Of a stretch of 64,000 nt of DNA, positions 10,256 to 19,654 are shown one piece after another. A program made the translations under genes and the position numbers. The first letter of the stretch is position 1, and each line of letters begins with the position of its first letter. The stretch is taken from NCBI GenBank assembly GCA_030695905.1, contig JAUYOL010000001.1, positions 66,023 to 130,022 on the forward strand. Reading direction: 5' to 3'. This DNA is from Candidatus Omnitrophota bacterium. GTDB lineage: Bacteria; Omnitrophota; Gorgyraeia; 2-01-FULL-45-10. Below the pieces are notes generated by a model that worked only from the letters and a program-made list of their open reading frames with translations, was not told the origin of the DNA and did not search any database.

Positions 10256-12053
10256 GGTTACCCCCTTTTTTAGGCAGCGCGAAATAAAACGTTGCCCCTT
10301 CACCGGTTTTGCCTTCTGCCCAGATCCTGCCCCCGTGCCGGTCAATGATCTGACGCGCGATAGCCAGGCCGACTCCTGTTCCCTCGAACTGGGCTTCATC
10401 ATGGAGCCTCTGGAATATTTCAAATAATTTATCCATATATTTCATATCAAATCCTACGCCGTTATCTTTCACATAATATTTATTTTCTTTCGCGTCGCTT
10501 ATACAGCCTATCTCAATAGTACCCATTTTTTTAGATCTTGTAAATTTGGCTGCGTTTGACAGTATATTGTACCAGACATGATGCATAAGGCTTGGATCGC
10601 CATTTGCGGGAGGGATATCTTTTATATCTATCTTTAATGTTCGGTCAGGCGTTATCTCATCCTTCATATCTTCTAATACACATTTTACGATTTTTTCCAT
10701 ATCGATATGGCGCATTTGTACCTTTTGGCGTCCCAAGTGCGCGAATCGAAGCAGGTCTTCTATCAGCAGGCCCATCTTTTTCACATTTTTGCGTATAGTG
10801 ACAAGGTTATGCTTGCCGGCATCATCGAGCTTATCACCATAATCTTCCAGTAGCATACGGCTAAATCCGTCTATTGATCGAAGAGGGGCCCGAAGATCAT
10901 GCGATACGGAGTAATTGAAGGCATCGAGCTGTTTATTCGTCTCCTCAAGCTCCGTCGTGCGCTCTCTCGCCAATTCTTCGAGATGCCCGCGATATTGCTC
11001 TAATTCATTCTCTATCTTCTTGCGCTCGGAAATTTCCCTGCTTAATCTCTCAAGCGTGCCGGCAGTAGTCTTGGCTATATAAAATGACGCAGCGGCAGAT
11101 AGCACCAAAACAAAGACAAATATACCTATAAGAAAATTTCTTAGCGTTGTTACATCGGTAAATGCTTCGTCGCAGTCTATTTTTGCCACTATGCCCCATT
11201 CGGAAGAGGGTATATAGTCCCAGGCCGCTATAACATCCCTATTTCGATAGTCGGTCGAATGGCCGCCCCCTTTTACGCCTAATACAGCACGCTGGGCAGG
11301 TATGGCCGTTTTTTCTCCTATGCGGATCTTTTTTGTAAGAGTCGCTTTGGGATCGTGCCGAAGAGGATTTAGAAAGAGGATCTCGTTCCCTATTTTTTTG
11401 CACAGCAACGTCTCTCCGGTATTGCCCAGTCCCGTTGTGTCCTGGACAAGATTATAGAATTGGGTCATATTGACCTCGAAAACTATGACACCTACAAGGA
11501 GGCCATCGGAGCCAAGAACAGGAGCGCTTATAAGAAGCGCTGGTTTGCCTTCCCGCATCTCATCCAAAAATATATCTGTAAAATATACGCCGGTTTTTCC
11601 CTCGGAAAAGGCTTTTTGTTCCGAGTCTTGCAGGCTTCGCAGAAGATGCTTTGGGTATTGGCGGGGATTTGAAGTGTATACTATCTTTCCGGTGGGTTCA
11701 ACTAATATAATTTCGTATAGATCCAGAATGTACTGCATTGGCCTTAATTGTTCGTCCAGGGCCTCTTTGGCAGACATGAATTCAGCCTTCGATGTGTCAC
11801 CCGAAAGCCTTGTCAATATTGGCAGATTTTTCCTGATCATCCAGAAATTCTGCGCCATCTTTATGCTATTCTCAAGTCCTTTGAAGTATGTGTTGATTTT
11901 ATCTGCCTTGAAGGCTACTATGTCTTCAAGCGAGGAGATGTGATGCTTTTCAATCGATCGTGCATAGTTAATGAAAGTTAAAGCGGCAATAAGAATAGTT
12001 GGGATTAAAGCGATGGCAAGAAAAATAAAGGTAAGCCTTGACCTGATAGACAT
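10233..12053 (-). CDS. Membrane sensor histidine kinase with periplasmic Cache-like domain
   Basis: Two TM segments flanking an extracytoplasmic domain; [37 protein letters not shown]. Confidence 0.92.
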   Translation of the reverse strand: MSIRSRLTFIFLAIALIPTILIAALTFINYARSIEKHHISSLEDIVAFKADKINTYFKGLENSIKMAQNFWMIRKNLPILTRLSGDTSKAEFMSAKEALDEQLRPMQYILDLYEIILVEPTGKIVYTSNPRQYPKHLLRSLQDSEQKAFSEGKTGVYFTDIFLDEMREGKPALLISAPVLGSDGLLVGVIVFEVNMTQFYNLVQDTTGLGNTGETLLCKKIGNEILFLNPLRHDPKATLTKKIRIGEKTAIPAQRAVLGVKGGGHSTDYRNRDVIAAWDYIPSSEWGIVAKIDCDEAFTDVTTLRNFLIGIFVFVLVLSAAASFYIAKTTAGTLERLSREISERKKIENELEQYRGHLEELARERTTELEETNKQLDAFNYSVSHDLRAPLRSIDGFSRMLLEDYGDKLDDAGKHNLVTIRKNVKKMGLLIEDLLRFAHLGRQKVQMRHIDMEKIVKCVLEDMKDEITPDRTLKIDIKDIPPANGDPSLMHHVWYNILSNAAKFTRSKKMGTIEIGCISDAKENKYYVKDNGVGFDMKYMDKLFEIFQRLHDEAQFEGTGVGLAIARQIIDRHGGRIWAEGKTGEGATFYFALPKKGGNHGNKRSG

Positions 12054-12124
12054 ACGATTATGGCCCCCCGAGCAGCCCTACCTTCGAGTATAGCACAATA
12101 ATCAAAACAGTCAATCAGTTGTGA

Positions 12125-12202
12125 TGGCGGGGACGACGGGGGTCGAACCCGCGACCTTCAGATCGACAATCTGACGTTCTAACCAAACTGAACTACGTCC
12201 CC
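12125..12202 (-). tRNA. tRNA-Asp(GTC)
   Basis: Reverse complement GGGGACG...TCAGA-TTGTCGA-TCTGA...GGTTCGACCC...CGTCCCCGCCA. Confidence 0.95.
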
Positions 12203-12327
12203 AATTTTACGAAGTGAAATGTGTGAGGTATTATATACTTACCGCCCGAATATAGCAAGATTTTTTTAAGGATTATTTGTATTGCTAAAAATAGAGTGGT
12301 ATACTTTAACCAAAAACTAAAACCTGC

Positions 12328-13779
12328 ATGATAAAGTTCAAAAATAAAGTTCTGGTAATCGGATATGGCTCGGTCGCCAAATGCACGCTGCCGATACTAT
12401 TAAAACACATCGATATACCACACAAAAACATCACAATAATAGATTTTATAGATAAAAGAAAAGAATTGCAGCCGTGGATCAAAAAAGGCATTAAGTATTT
12501 TCAGGAAAAAGTCACCCCCATAAATATAAACCAGCTTTTATCAAAACATGTTTCATCAGGCGGGCTTGTCATAGACCTCGCATGGAACATAGAATGTCTG
12601 GATATGCTAAGCTGGTGCCACGATAACAAAGTTTTATACATCAACACTTCCGTCGAGGAATGGGATCCTTACGCGGGCATTCACAATAAAAGCGCGTTTA
12701 AAAAATCTCTGTACTATAAACAGATGCAGATACGCGATATGGTGTCCAAATGGAGCAACGGTTTTATCACGGCCGTCTTGGACCATGGCGCGAATCCGGG
12801 GCTCATTTCGCATTTTACCAAAAAAGGCATCACAGATATCGCGTTAAAATACATTAAGGATAAAACCGTTCAGAAAAATCACGCAAAAAATATAGAGCGT
12901 CTTTTAAGCAGTAAAAATTTTTCCCGGCTTGCGATGATGTTAGGGATAAAGGTAATTCATATAAGCGAGCGGGACACTCAAGTGACAAACAGGCCCAAAG
13001 AAGTAGACGAATTTGTCGGCACGTGGAGCATAGAGGGGCTAAGGGAAGAAGGCATCTCCCCTTCCGAGATGGGGTGGGGTACACATGAAAAAGAGCCCGG
13101 TTTAATACATAGCGTCCCTCCATATGGCCCGAAAAATCAGATATTTTTGTCACAGATGGGGATGAATACGTGGGTAAGGACATGGGTGCCTAACGAAGAG
13201 ATCGTAGGTATGGTGATAAGGCATGCGGAGGCCTTCAGCATATCTGACAATCTTACTGTGCATGAAAAAGGCCGGGCGGTTTACAGGCCCACGGTGCACT
13301 ATGCCTATATGCCGTGCAATGAGACTATAGCGTCGCTTCATGAATTACGCGCCAGAAATTACGAACTGCAGAAAAAACAGCGCATAATGAGTGATGAGAT
13401 AAAAAGCGGCGCTGATATATTGGGCGCGCTTATCATGGGCCACAAATATAATTCGTGGTGGACGGGCAGCGTGCTTAGCATAGAGTCTTCGAGAAGACTG
13501 GTGCCGCACCAGAACGCCACAACGATGCAGGTCGCTATAGGAGTCGTATCGGGCATAATGTGGATGATAGAAAACCCGGATAAGGGCGTAAATGCGCCTG
13601 ATGATCTGCCGCACGAGTATATACTAAATATAGCCAAGCCTTACTTAGGAAAGCTTGTATCGGAACCTTCGGATTGGACCCCCCTGAAGAATTATAGGGT
13701 ATTTTTCAAAGAGAACCACTCTGCTCACCTCGATAAAAGAAATATCTGGGCCTTCAAAAACTTCCTATTCAAAGATTAA
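12328..13779 (+). CDS. hss: Homospermidine synthase
   Basis: IGYGSV Rossmann start, HGANPGLISHF, HISERDTQ, TWSIEG, YRPTVHYAY, QNATTMQV. Confidence 0.9.
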   Translation: MIKFKNKVLVIGYGSVAKCTLPILLKHIDIPHKNITIIDFIDKRKELQPWIKKGIKYFQEKVTPININQLLSKHVSSGGLVIDLAWNIECLDMLSWCHDNKVLYINTSVEEWDPYAGIHNKSAFKKSLYYKQMQIRDMVSKWSNGFITAVLDHGANPGLISHFTKKGITDIALKYIKDKTVQKNHAKNIERLLSSKNFSRLAMMLGIKVIHISERDTQVTNRPKEVDEFVGTWSIEGLREEGISPSEMGWGTHEKEPGLIHSVPPYGPKNQIFLSQMGMNTWVRTWVPNEEIVGMVIRHAEAFSISDNLTVHEKGRAVYRPTVHYAYMPCNETIASLHELRARNYELQKKQRIMSDEIKSGADILGALIMGHKYNSWWTGSVLSIESSRRLVPHQNATTMQVAIGVVSGIMWMIENPDKGVNAPDDLPHEYILNIAKPYLGKLVSEPSDWTPLKNYRVFFKENHSAHLDKRNIWAFKNFLFKD

Positions 13780-13871
13780 AATCTGTTAGAAATAAAAAAA
13801 CTTGCTTTTGCCCATTGTAAATTACTATCTTATGATATATACTCTAATTAAGAGAAAAGAAAGAAATCTAT

Positions 13872-13960
13872 ATCGATAAAGGCAAACCTAGCGAAAGCTA
13901 TGGGACGCAAAACTAAAGAACCTAAAGCCGTAAGGCCATGGTAGTCAGTCGCCGAAAATA
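13872..13960 (+). ncRNA. Cyclic di-GMP-I (GEMM) riboswitch
   Basis: AAAGGCAAACC-TAGC-GAAA-GCTA-TGGGACGCAAA...CCTAA...ATGGTAGTCAGTCGCCGAA matches GEMM-I architecture (GNRA loop and receptor). Confidence 0.88.
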
Positions 13961-14028
13961 GGTTAATAGTCTATTGGCGGTGTACCATGTGCAAACGGCT
14001 TAATTTTTTATCATGGGGGGTGATTTAG

Positions 14029-14349
14029 ATGCGCTCTATGGCAAAGCAGGTATTAAAAATAGCAATCCTGGCTATAATTTTGACCATAGTCGCTCTATAT
14101 ACCCCGGTATATTTTTCTGGACCTTATGGTCTATCTTACAGCTCCACCATCCATGCCTCCGCACAGGAAAAAAACGATAACATTGTGATAGATAGCTATT
14201 GCGAATCAAGCGGTGTTAATTCGATAATAAATCTTGAAAACTGCAGTATGGCCAACAAAATCGCAATGGAGAAGGGCCAGATAAGGATAGTAAGAGATAA
14301 TGCCGGAGAGCCTGAAAACGCTTACGCGAAAAATATAGAAGATGAATAA
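14029..14349 (+). CDS. Hypothetical exported/membrane-anchored protein under riboswitch control
   Basis: GGGGGGTG RBS-like site, N-terminal hydrophobic segment; directly downstream of GEMM. Confidence 0.65.
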   Translation: MRSMAKQVLKIAILAIILTIVALYTPVYFSGPYGLSYSSTIHASAQEKNDNIVIDSYCESSGVNSIINLENCSMANKIAMEKGQIRIVRDNAGEPENAYAKNIEDE

Positions 14350-14414
14350 TCCAGAGCCTTTTTACAATTATGTGGTATAATACTCCCCGTTAGAATTAAC
14401 ACGGGGAGTTTTTT

Positions 14415-14810
14415 ATGGATAAAAAACCTTATATTCTTGTAGTGGACGATGAAAGCGACGCGCGCTCGATGGTGATAGATTTTCTGAAAGAGCGCTATGA
14501 GTGTGAGTTTGCCGAGGCAAAAGACGGCGAAGAGGCGGTAAACTTTTTGAAGTGTCACCCATGCGACCTGATGATCCTCGATATAAAGATGCCTAAAAAA
14601 GGCGGTATCGCGGTAATAAAAGAAGCGAGAGAGATTAACCCAAAGCTCGATATATTAGTGGTATCAGCCTGGGTGAGCGACGAAGTGTCTCAGGAAGCGG
14701 TTGAAAGCGGCGCGACCGACTATCTGGTCAAGCCGATAGACCTTAAAGTTGTGGCAATGAAATTTTCCGATATCTTAAAGAAGAAAGGGTATCTGGTTAG
14801 TAAGATTTAG
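14415..14810 (+). CDS. Single-domain response regulator
   Basis: ILVVDDE, LDIKMP, DYLVKPI. Confidence 0.9.
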   Translation: MDKKPYILVVDDESDARSMVIDFLKERYECEFAEAKDGEEAVNFLKCHPCDLMILDIKMPKKGGIAVIKEAREINPKLDILVVSAWVSDEVSQEAVESGATDYLVKPIDLKVVAMKFSDILKKKGYLVSKI

Positions 14811-15387
14811 GATTCTGGATTATTATGCAGCGCGCTTTTAAGCTGTGTGAAGGATTCTCGAAATGATGCGGAAGACTGCTTAAAAATGAAAGAGAATCGC
14901 CTTTACTTAAAAGGTGCTTCTCTCCCCCGACAAAAACCTGCGTCTCTCCCTGTAATATTATTATCAGCTTTTCAAAACTATTTGTATCCTGCGGATCCTG
15001 CTCTTCCCTTGTCGCTCCTCCGGGACGAAGTATCAGTTCCATCGCCAAAAACCTCATGCTGCGCGGGCTCAAAATCTCCGCGATCGCTTTGCCATTATAT
15101 ATGTACTCATTATTTGCCCTGTCTTTGCGGCGCATTATTGTCACTATTTTTGATACTTCTTTATCAGTGCCTTCAACCAGCTCTTTTAAGGATATGCCAA
15201 GGCCCGTTGAGATCTGATACAGGCTTCTTAAGCGGATAGTGTCTCTGCGGCCTTTTTCAAGCCGGCATAGAGAGTAGTATGTCAGCGCTCTTTTGCCGAA
15301 TATATCGACAAGTTTTTTGTGGAAGTCTTTAAGGCTGACCTTTAGTACGGTTTTTCTTAAGTAGCGGATCTTTTCCGAAAGTTTCAT
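14797..15387 (-). CDS. XRE-family HTH regulator with C-terminal cupin
   Basis: N-terminal KIRYLR...RLEKG HTH; C-terminal GDSLSF...PHHFENP cupin. Confidence 0.82.
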   Translation of the reverse strand: MKLSEKIRYLRKTVLKVSLKDFHKKLVDIFGKRALTYYSLCRLEKGRRDTIRLRSLYQISTGLGISLKELVEGTDKEVSKIVTIMRRKDRANNEYIYNGKAIAEILSPRSMRFLAMELILRPGGATREEQDPQDTNSFEKLIIILQGETQVFVGGEKHLLSKGDSLSFLSSLPHHFENPSHSLKARCIIIQNPKSY

Positions 15388-15521
15388 ATGTCACCTTTGT
15401 TCTGTCAGAAGAAAGTATACAACGAAACTCTTTAACTGTCAATAGAAAAATTGATTTTTTGTGTAGATTTTTTATATAAAACAGCAAAAATATATAACTT
15501 TTTTAGTTCCTAATTAATTAA

Positions 15522-15550
15522 CATAACTTATTCATAATAAATAAGTTATG
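15522..15550. promoter_or_regulatory. Perfect 11-bp inverted repeat, candidate operator in divergent intergenic region
   Basis: CATAACTTATT-N7-AATAAGTTATG between XRE gene and divergent gene. Confidence 0.55.
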
Positions 15551-15593
15551 AGGTTACAAAAATATAATAATTGACGTTTCATTTTAAAAATAC

Positions 15594-15622
15594 TTGACAA
15601 ACAGCAATTCGTATGCTATATT
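15594..15622 (+). promoter_or_regulatory. Sigma70-type promoter
   Basis: TTGACA-N17-TATATT with extended -10 TG; RBS GAGGAGG downstream. Confidence 0.7.
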
Positions 15623-15655
15623 TGAAGTGTAATACAAAGAGGAGGGGAAAAGAAA

Positions 15656-15994
15656 ATGATGACTCTAAAAATGGCAATAATAGCGATGATGATAAGTTCT
15701 TCAGCGGTACCTTTTAACGGTTCAGATGTAAATAAGGCGATTGAGCATCCGAGGATTTCCGAAGTAATGGATTATTCAGTACCAAAAGATACCAGCGCCC
15801 TCGATGTTAAGGATATAGCGGATGCTCAATATGCGCCTGTTGATCAGGCCGCACCGGTAGAAGAGGCCGTTTCTGCCAGGCAGACTGTCAACGGAGACAA
15901 GACATATGAACAATGCATGAGAGAAGAGTTTGAACGCATATATGAAGAAATAAACAGGATGCTTAATGAGGTGGTTGATCGTTGTGACAAGTAG
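15656..15994 (+). CDS. Hypothetical exported protein
   Basis: Strong promoter and RBS, signal-peptide-like N-terminus. Confidence 0.7.
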   Translation: MMTLKMAIIAMMISSSAVPFNGSDVNKAIEHPRISEVMDYSVPKDTSALDVKDIADAQYAPVDQAAPVEEAVSARQTVNGDKTYEQCMREEFERIYEEINRMLNEVVDRCDK

Positions 15995-16039
15995 TTGTAG
16001 TTGCATAGAGTGATATTGTAGTGTTATAATAATCGCCCT

Positions 16040-16759
16040 ATGAGACAAGCATTATCAGCAGCAATCTGGATCTTCGTGGCACTTCTTACCGTACTCTTGT
16101 ACCTCGCAATGTTGTTCTTCGTAATAGTCCTTTATCCATTTGATAAGAAACGAAAAGTCGCGCATGCGCAGTGTTACTGGTGGAGCGATGCCCTTCTAAA
16201 GTTTAATCCGGGCTGGAAGATGGATATTTCCGGGCTCGAAAATATTGACAAGAAGAAAACGTATGTTATAGTAGCTAATCACCAGAGCCTGGCGGACATA
16301 ATAGTTTTATACCAGATAAAGACGCAGTTTAAATGGGTTGCCAAGGAGAGCCTTTTTAATATACCATTTTTAGGATGGTGCATGTCGCTTGCCAGGCACA
16401 TAAAGCTGGAGCGGGGCAAGCTTACAAGCATAAAAAAGGTATATCGTGAGGCCGCGGAATGGTTGAGGCAGGATATGTCGGTGTTATTTTTTCCTGAGGG
16501 CACCAGAAGCGAAACGGACAGGATGAATGAATTTCAGAACGGCGCGTTCAAACTTGCCATAAAAGAGAAGAGATATGTTCTGCCGATACTTATCAAGGGA
16601 ACGAGAGACGCCATACCAAAGCATGGCCGGCAATTTGCGGATAAGATGCATTGCACACTAAGGGTGTTGCCGGAGATAGATACGTCGAGATTTGGTCCGG
16701 GCGATTTCGAGCTTTTGAGAGATGAAGCGCGTTCAAAAATGGAGGCCGTATCAACGTGA
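16040..16759 (+). CDS. plsC: 1-acyl-sn-glycerol-3-phosphate acyltransferase
   Basis: NHQSLAD and FFPEGTRS motifs. Confidence 0.9.
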   Translation: MRQALSAAIWIFVALLTVLLYLAMLFFVIVLYPFDKKRKVAHAQCYWWSDALLKFNPGWKMDISGLENIDKKKTYVIVANHQSLADIIVLYQIKTQFKWVAKESLFNIPFLGWCMSLARHIKLERGKLTSIKKVYREAAEWLRQDMSVLFFPEGTRSETDRMNEFQNGAFKLAIKEKRYVLPILIKGTRDAIPKHGRQFADKMHCTLRVLPEIDTSRFGPGDFELLRDEARSKMEAVST

Positions 16760-17079
16760 TTACATATGATGATTTCAAAAAAGTAGAGTTAAAGATAGCA
16801 AAGATCCTTGAAGCCGAAGAGGTTGCCGGAGCGGAGAAACTGTTAAAGCTCCAGATAGATCTGGGTAATTCCGAAAAAAGACAGATCGTAGCCGGTATAA
16901 AGAAACAATATCAGGCGAAAGATCTTATTGGCAAGGAGATAGCGGTTATTACAAATCTCGAGCCCCGTATGGTGATGGGGATAGAGAGTAACGGCATGCT
17001 TTTGGCCGCGTCCGGGGACGCCGGGCCCGTTATTCTTATACCTGAAAAAGAAGTTCCTCCCGGAAGCGGGATAAAATAG
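16756..17079 (+). CDS. Stand-alone tRNA-binding OB-fold protein (MetRS C-terminal/Trbp111/CsaA-like)
   Basis: ITYDDFKKVELK, KLLKLQIDLG, RQIVAGI, NLEPR..GIESNGMLLAA. Confidence 0.88.
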   Translation: MITYDDFKKVELKIAKILEAEEVAGAEKLLKLQIDLGNSEKRQIVAGIKKQYQAKDLIGKEIAVITNLEPRMVMGIESNGMLLAASGDAGPVILIPEKEVPPGSGIK

Positions 17080-17091
17080 ACGGATATTGAC

Positions 17092-17168
17092 GCGCCTGTA
17101 ACTCACATGGATAGAGTACCTGGCTACGAACCAGGGTGTAGCAGGTTCGATCCCTGCCAGGCGCGCCA
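17092..17168 (+). tRNA. tRNA-Arg(ACG)
   Basis: GCGCCTG/CAGGCGC acceptor stem, CCTGG-CTACGAA-CCAGG anticodon arm, CCA. Confidence 0.95.
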
Positions 17169-17196
17169 TTTTAATAGTGATAAAGCACTAATTTAT

Positions 17197-17655
17197 ATGT
17201 CAAAACTCGACCAATACTACATGTCCGAGGCCTTGAAAGAGGCGCAGAAGGCTTTTGATGCCGATGATGTGCCGGTAGGGGCGGTTATCGTGCACGAGGG
17301 GCGGGTTATTGCCAGAGCCCATAATCAGATAAAATTGCTCAAAGACCCTACCGCTCACGCCGAGATGATAGCCATTACGCAGGCGGCCTCCTACCTGGCC
17401 AACGAGCGTTTGCTAAATACAACCATGTATGTTACAATTGAACCGTGTTCTATGTGCGCCGGAGCGCTTGTATTGGCTCGCGTAAAAAGGTTGGTTTACG
17501 GGGCATGCGACCCCAGGACAGGCGCATGCCATTCGGTCTTTAAGATCACCGATAATAAGCGATTAAATCACAGAATAAAGACTGAAAAAGGTGTATTGGA
17601 AAAAGAGTGCGTCTGGATGCTGAAAGAGTTCTTTAAGAAGAAACGGGTTAGATAA
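17197..17655 (+). CDS. tadA: tRNA adenosine(34) deaminase
   Basis: VPVGAV, DPTAHAE, TIEPCSMCAGA; start reassigned to ATG 17197 downstream of the tRNA. Confidence 0.93.
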   Translation: MSKLDQYYMSEALKEAQKAFDADDVPVGAVIVHEGRVIARAHNQIKLLKDPTAHAEMIAITQAASYLANERLLNTTMYVTIEPCSMCAGALVLARVKRLVYGACDPRTGACHSVFKITDNKRLNHRIKTEKGVLEKECVWMLKEFFKKKRVR

Positions 17656-17665
17656 TCAGTAAAAC

Positions 17666-17757
17666 GGAGAGGTCGCCTAGTGGTCTATGGCGGCGGTTTG
17701 CTAAACCGCTATATGGGTAATACCGTATCGAGAGTTCAAATCTCTCCCTCTCCGCCA
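17666..17757 (+). tRNA. tRNA-Ser(GCT)
   Basis: GGAGAGG/CCTCTCC stem, GCGGT-TTGCTAA-ACCGC, long variable arm, CCA. Confidence 0.95.
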
Positions 17758-17835
17758 GTTTTAAGAAGTAAGTTCTTCTCAAAGTAGGAATATGTGGTAT
17801 AATATCCCTACATACTAAATTTTGATCGAAGGGAG

Positions 17836-18219
17836 GTGTTAATAAAGATGAAAAAATTATTATTAGTACTTATCGCTCTTATGCTATCCGCTTCGATATC
17901 CTTTGCTCAGAATGATACGAAAGTCGTTGAGCCGGTAAAATCGGTGGTCGAGGGCATAGAGGCTGTAAGCGAATTCGTAGGTAAGGTAGTATCGGTTACC
18001 GTTGCCGAGCCGGCAAAGGGAGTGACTGAAAGCACGGTAAAAGTCAGCGACGAAATGGGTAATCCCGTATCGTTTACCGTAAGTTCAGCCGCGAAGATCA
18101 CAGACGCGTCCCTAAACGCTATTACATTAGGCCAGCTTAAGGAGGGCGAGAAGGTAAAAGTAAAAGCTATAAAGACAAAAGAGGGCAAGGGAGAGGCTAA
18201 GTCAATAGCTGTTCAGTAA
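17836..18219 (+). CDS. Hypothetical exported protein (OB-fold/DUF5666-like)
   Basis: Signal peptide ending SFA; GKVVSV...LKEGEKVKV pattern; start could be ATG 17848. Confidence 0.7.
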   Translation: MLIKMKKLLLVLIALMLSASISFAQNDTKVVEPVKSVVEGIEAVSEFVGKVVSVTVAEPAKGVTESTVKVSDEMGNPVSFTVSSAAKITDASLNAITLGQLKEGEKVKVKAIKTKEGKGEAKSIAVQ

Positions 18220-18272
18220 TTCTTGCGATTTGATGTACAATATCAAACTGTTAAAGAAAGGGGGCTATTGCG

Positions 18273-18608
18273 ATGAAAAAATTACTAATCGCTTTAATAG
18301 CTTTAACATTCGTAGTATCGCTGGCTTATGCCGAACAGGCAGGTCAGGCTGCTAAGAGCACCGAAGAATTGAAGACTTTTGTGGGCAAGATCGTATCGTT
18401 AGAATACGCCGATCCTACAAAAGGACTCGACAAGAACAATATGAAGGTTCTTGGCCCGGATGGTAACCCTGTTTCCTTCACGGTTCCGGTCACAGTAACG
18501 CTGCTTGACGCCGCGACAAGAGTTGTCACTCTGAATACCTTCAAAGTGGGTGACACTGTAAAGATTGAGCGCGTAAAGGGCGAAGTAAAGTCAGTACAGA
18601 AGCAATAA
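18273..18608 (+). CDS. Hypothetical exported protein, paralog of upstream gene
   Basis: MKKLL signal peptide; shares FVGKxVS and GNPVSFTV with the upstream ORF. Confidence 0.72.
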   Translation: MKKLLIALIALTFVVSLAYAEQAGQAAKSTEELKTFVGKIVSLEYADPTKGLDKNNMKVLGPDGNPVSFTVPVTVTLLDAATRVVTLNTFKVGDTVKIERVKGEVKSVQKQ

Positions 18609-18628
18609 TTTCACACTAACGGATTATT

Positions 18629-18672
18629 CGAGACGGCAGGCATTTCTTTTGAAGTGTCTGCCGTCTTGGTTT
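18629..18672 (+). terminator. Long hairpin terminator
   Basis: CGAGACGGCAGGCATTTC-TTTT-GAAGTGTCTGCCGTCTTG. Confidence 0.65.
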
Positions 18673-18711
18673 AAATAGACTTTGTGCTGTAAATATGGTA
18701 TTATTGCCCAC

Positions 18712-19644
18712 ATGAAGAAGACTTTAAGGATACTGGGGCTGGTATTACTGATAGGGATAGTCTATTCTCTTATCCCCGTCACAGCACTGTATTTAGGGAA
18801 AGATGTAAGCGGGCCAACCAATGAACAGATCATCGAAAAGCTGAAAAACAATAAGGGTAATGTATTTTCGTTTATTGTTTTCGGCGACAACCACGCAGGC
18901 TTTATATTTAATGACAGCGCTTTCTTAAAAATAATACACAATATAAACAGGGAAAATAGATTCAAGAAGCTGAATATAGACTTTGTGACGAACCTCGGCG
19001 ATATATCCTTCATTAAAGGCACAGAGTGGGATTACCGTTTATATGACAGGCTGCGCGCAAAAATAAAATGGCCGGTCATAAGCTTGATGGGTAATCATGA
19101 CGATGAAAAAGGCAGCGACCGCAGGTTTAAAAAATATTTAGGCAAGAAAGAGTTCACCTTTACCGATCGGAACTCATACTTTATAGTTTTGGACAATAAT
19201 ATAACTTCGTTATCGGAAGAGCAGTGCAAGTGGCTCGAAGAGGAGCTGCAAAAATCAGCGTCTTACGCTCACCGTTTCATATTCATGCATAAACAGGCTA
19301 TGTCATTGTACCAGCAATCGTGGTTCAGGCCGGAATTGGGCAGCTGGTCCTACCGATTCATGAAGTTGTGCGAAAAATACAAGGTGGATATTGTGTTTGC
19401 CGGCCATGAACACATGTTCAGAGAGGCAACTTATGGCGGCGTGCGGTATGTAATGTCAGGTGGAGCGGGGATGCTTAACCAGATACCGGAAGCCGATGGC
19501 GGATATCTGCATTACCTGGTGGTACGCGTGTATGGCGATTATGTAGATTTCGAAGTGCGCAAGATTTTCCCGCCGCTTTGGGAATATTTCACATACTATA
19601 TGTGGAAAGAGCTGTTTTATCTTTTGAAGGATGTATTTTGCTAA
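18712..19644 (+). CDS. Calcineurin-like metallophosphoesterase, membrane-anchored
   Basis: GDNH, LGD, GNHD, AGHEH motifs; start likely MKKTLR at 18712. Confidence 0.88.
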   Translation: MKKTLRILGLVLLIGIVYSLIPVTALYLGKDVSGPTNEQIIEKLKNNKGNVFSFIVFGDNHAGFIFNDSAFLKIIHNINRENRFKKLNIDFVTNLGDISFIKGTEWDYRLYDRLRAKIKWPVISLMGNHDDEKGSDRRFKKYLGKKEFTFTDRNSYFIVLDNNITSLSEEQCKWLEEELQKSASYAHRFIFMHKQAMSLYQQSWFRPELGSWSYRFMKLCEKYKVDIVFAGHEHMFREATYGGVRYVMSGGAGMLNQIPEADGGYLHYLVVRVYGDYVDFEVRKIFPPLWEYFTYYMWKELFYLLKDVFC

Positions 19645-19654
19645 CCCTTAGACG

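Noticed and set aside
17107-17196. N-terminal extension of TadA in the ORF track
   Set aside because: Overlaps tRNA-Arg; the real start is likely ATG 17197
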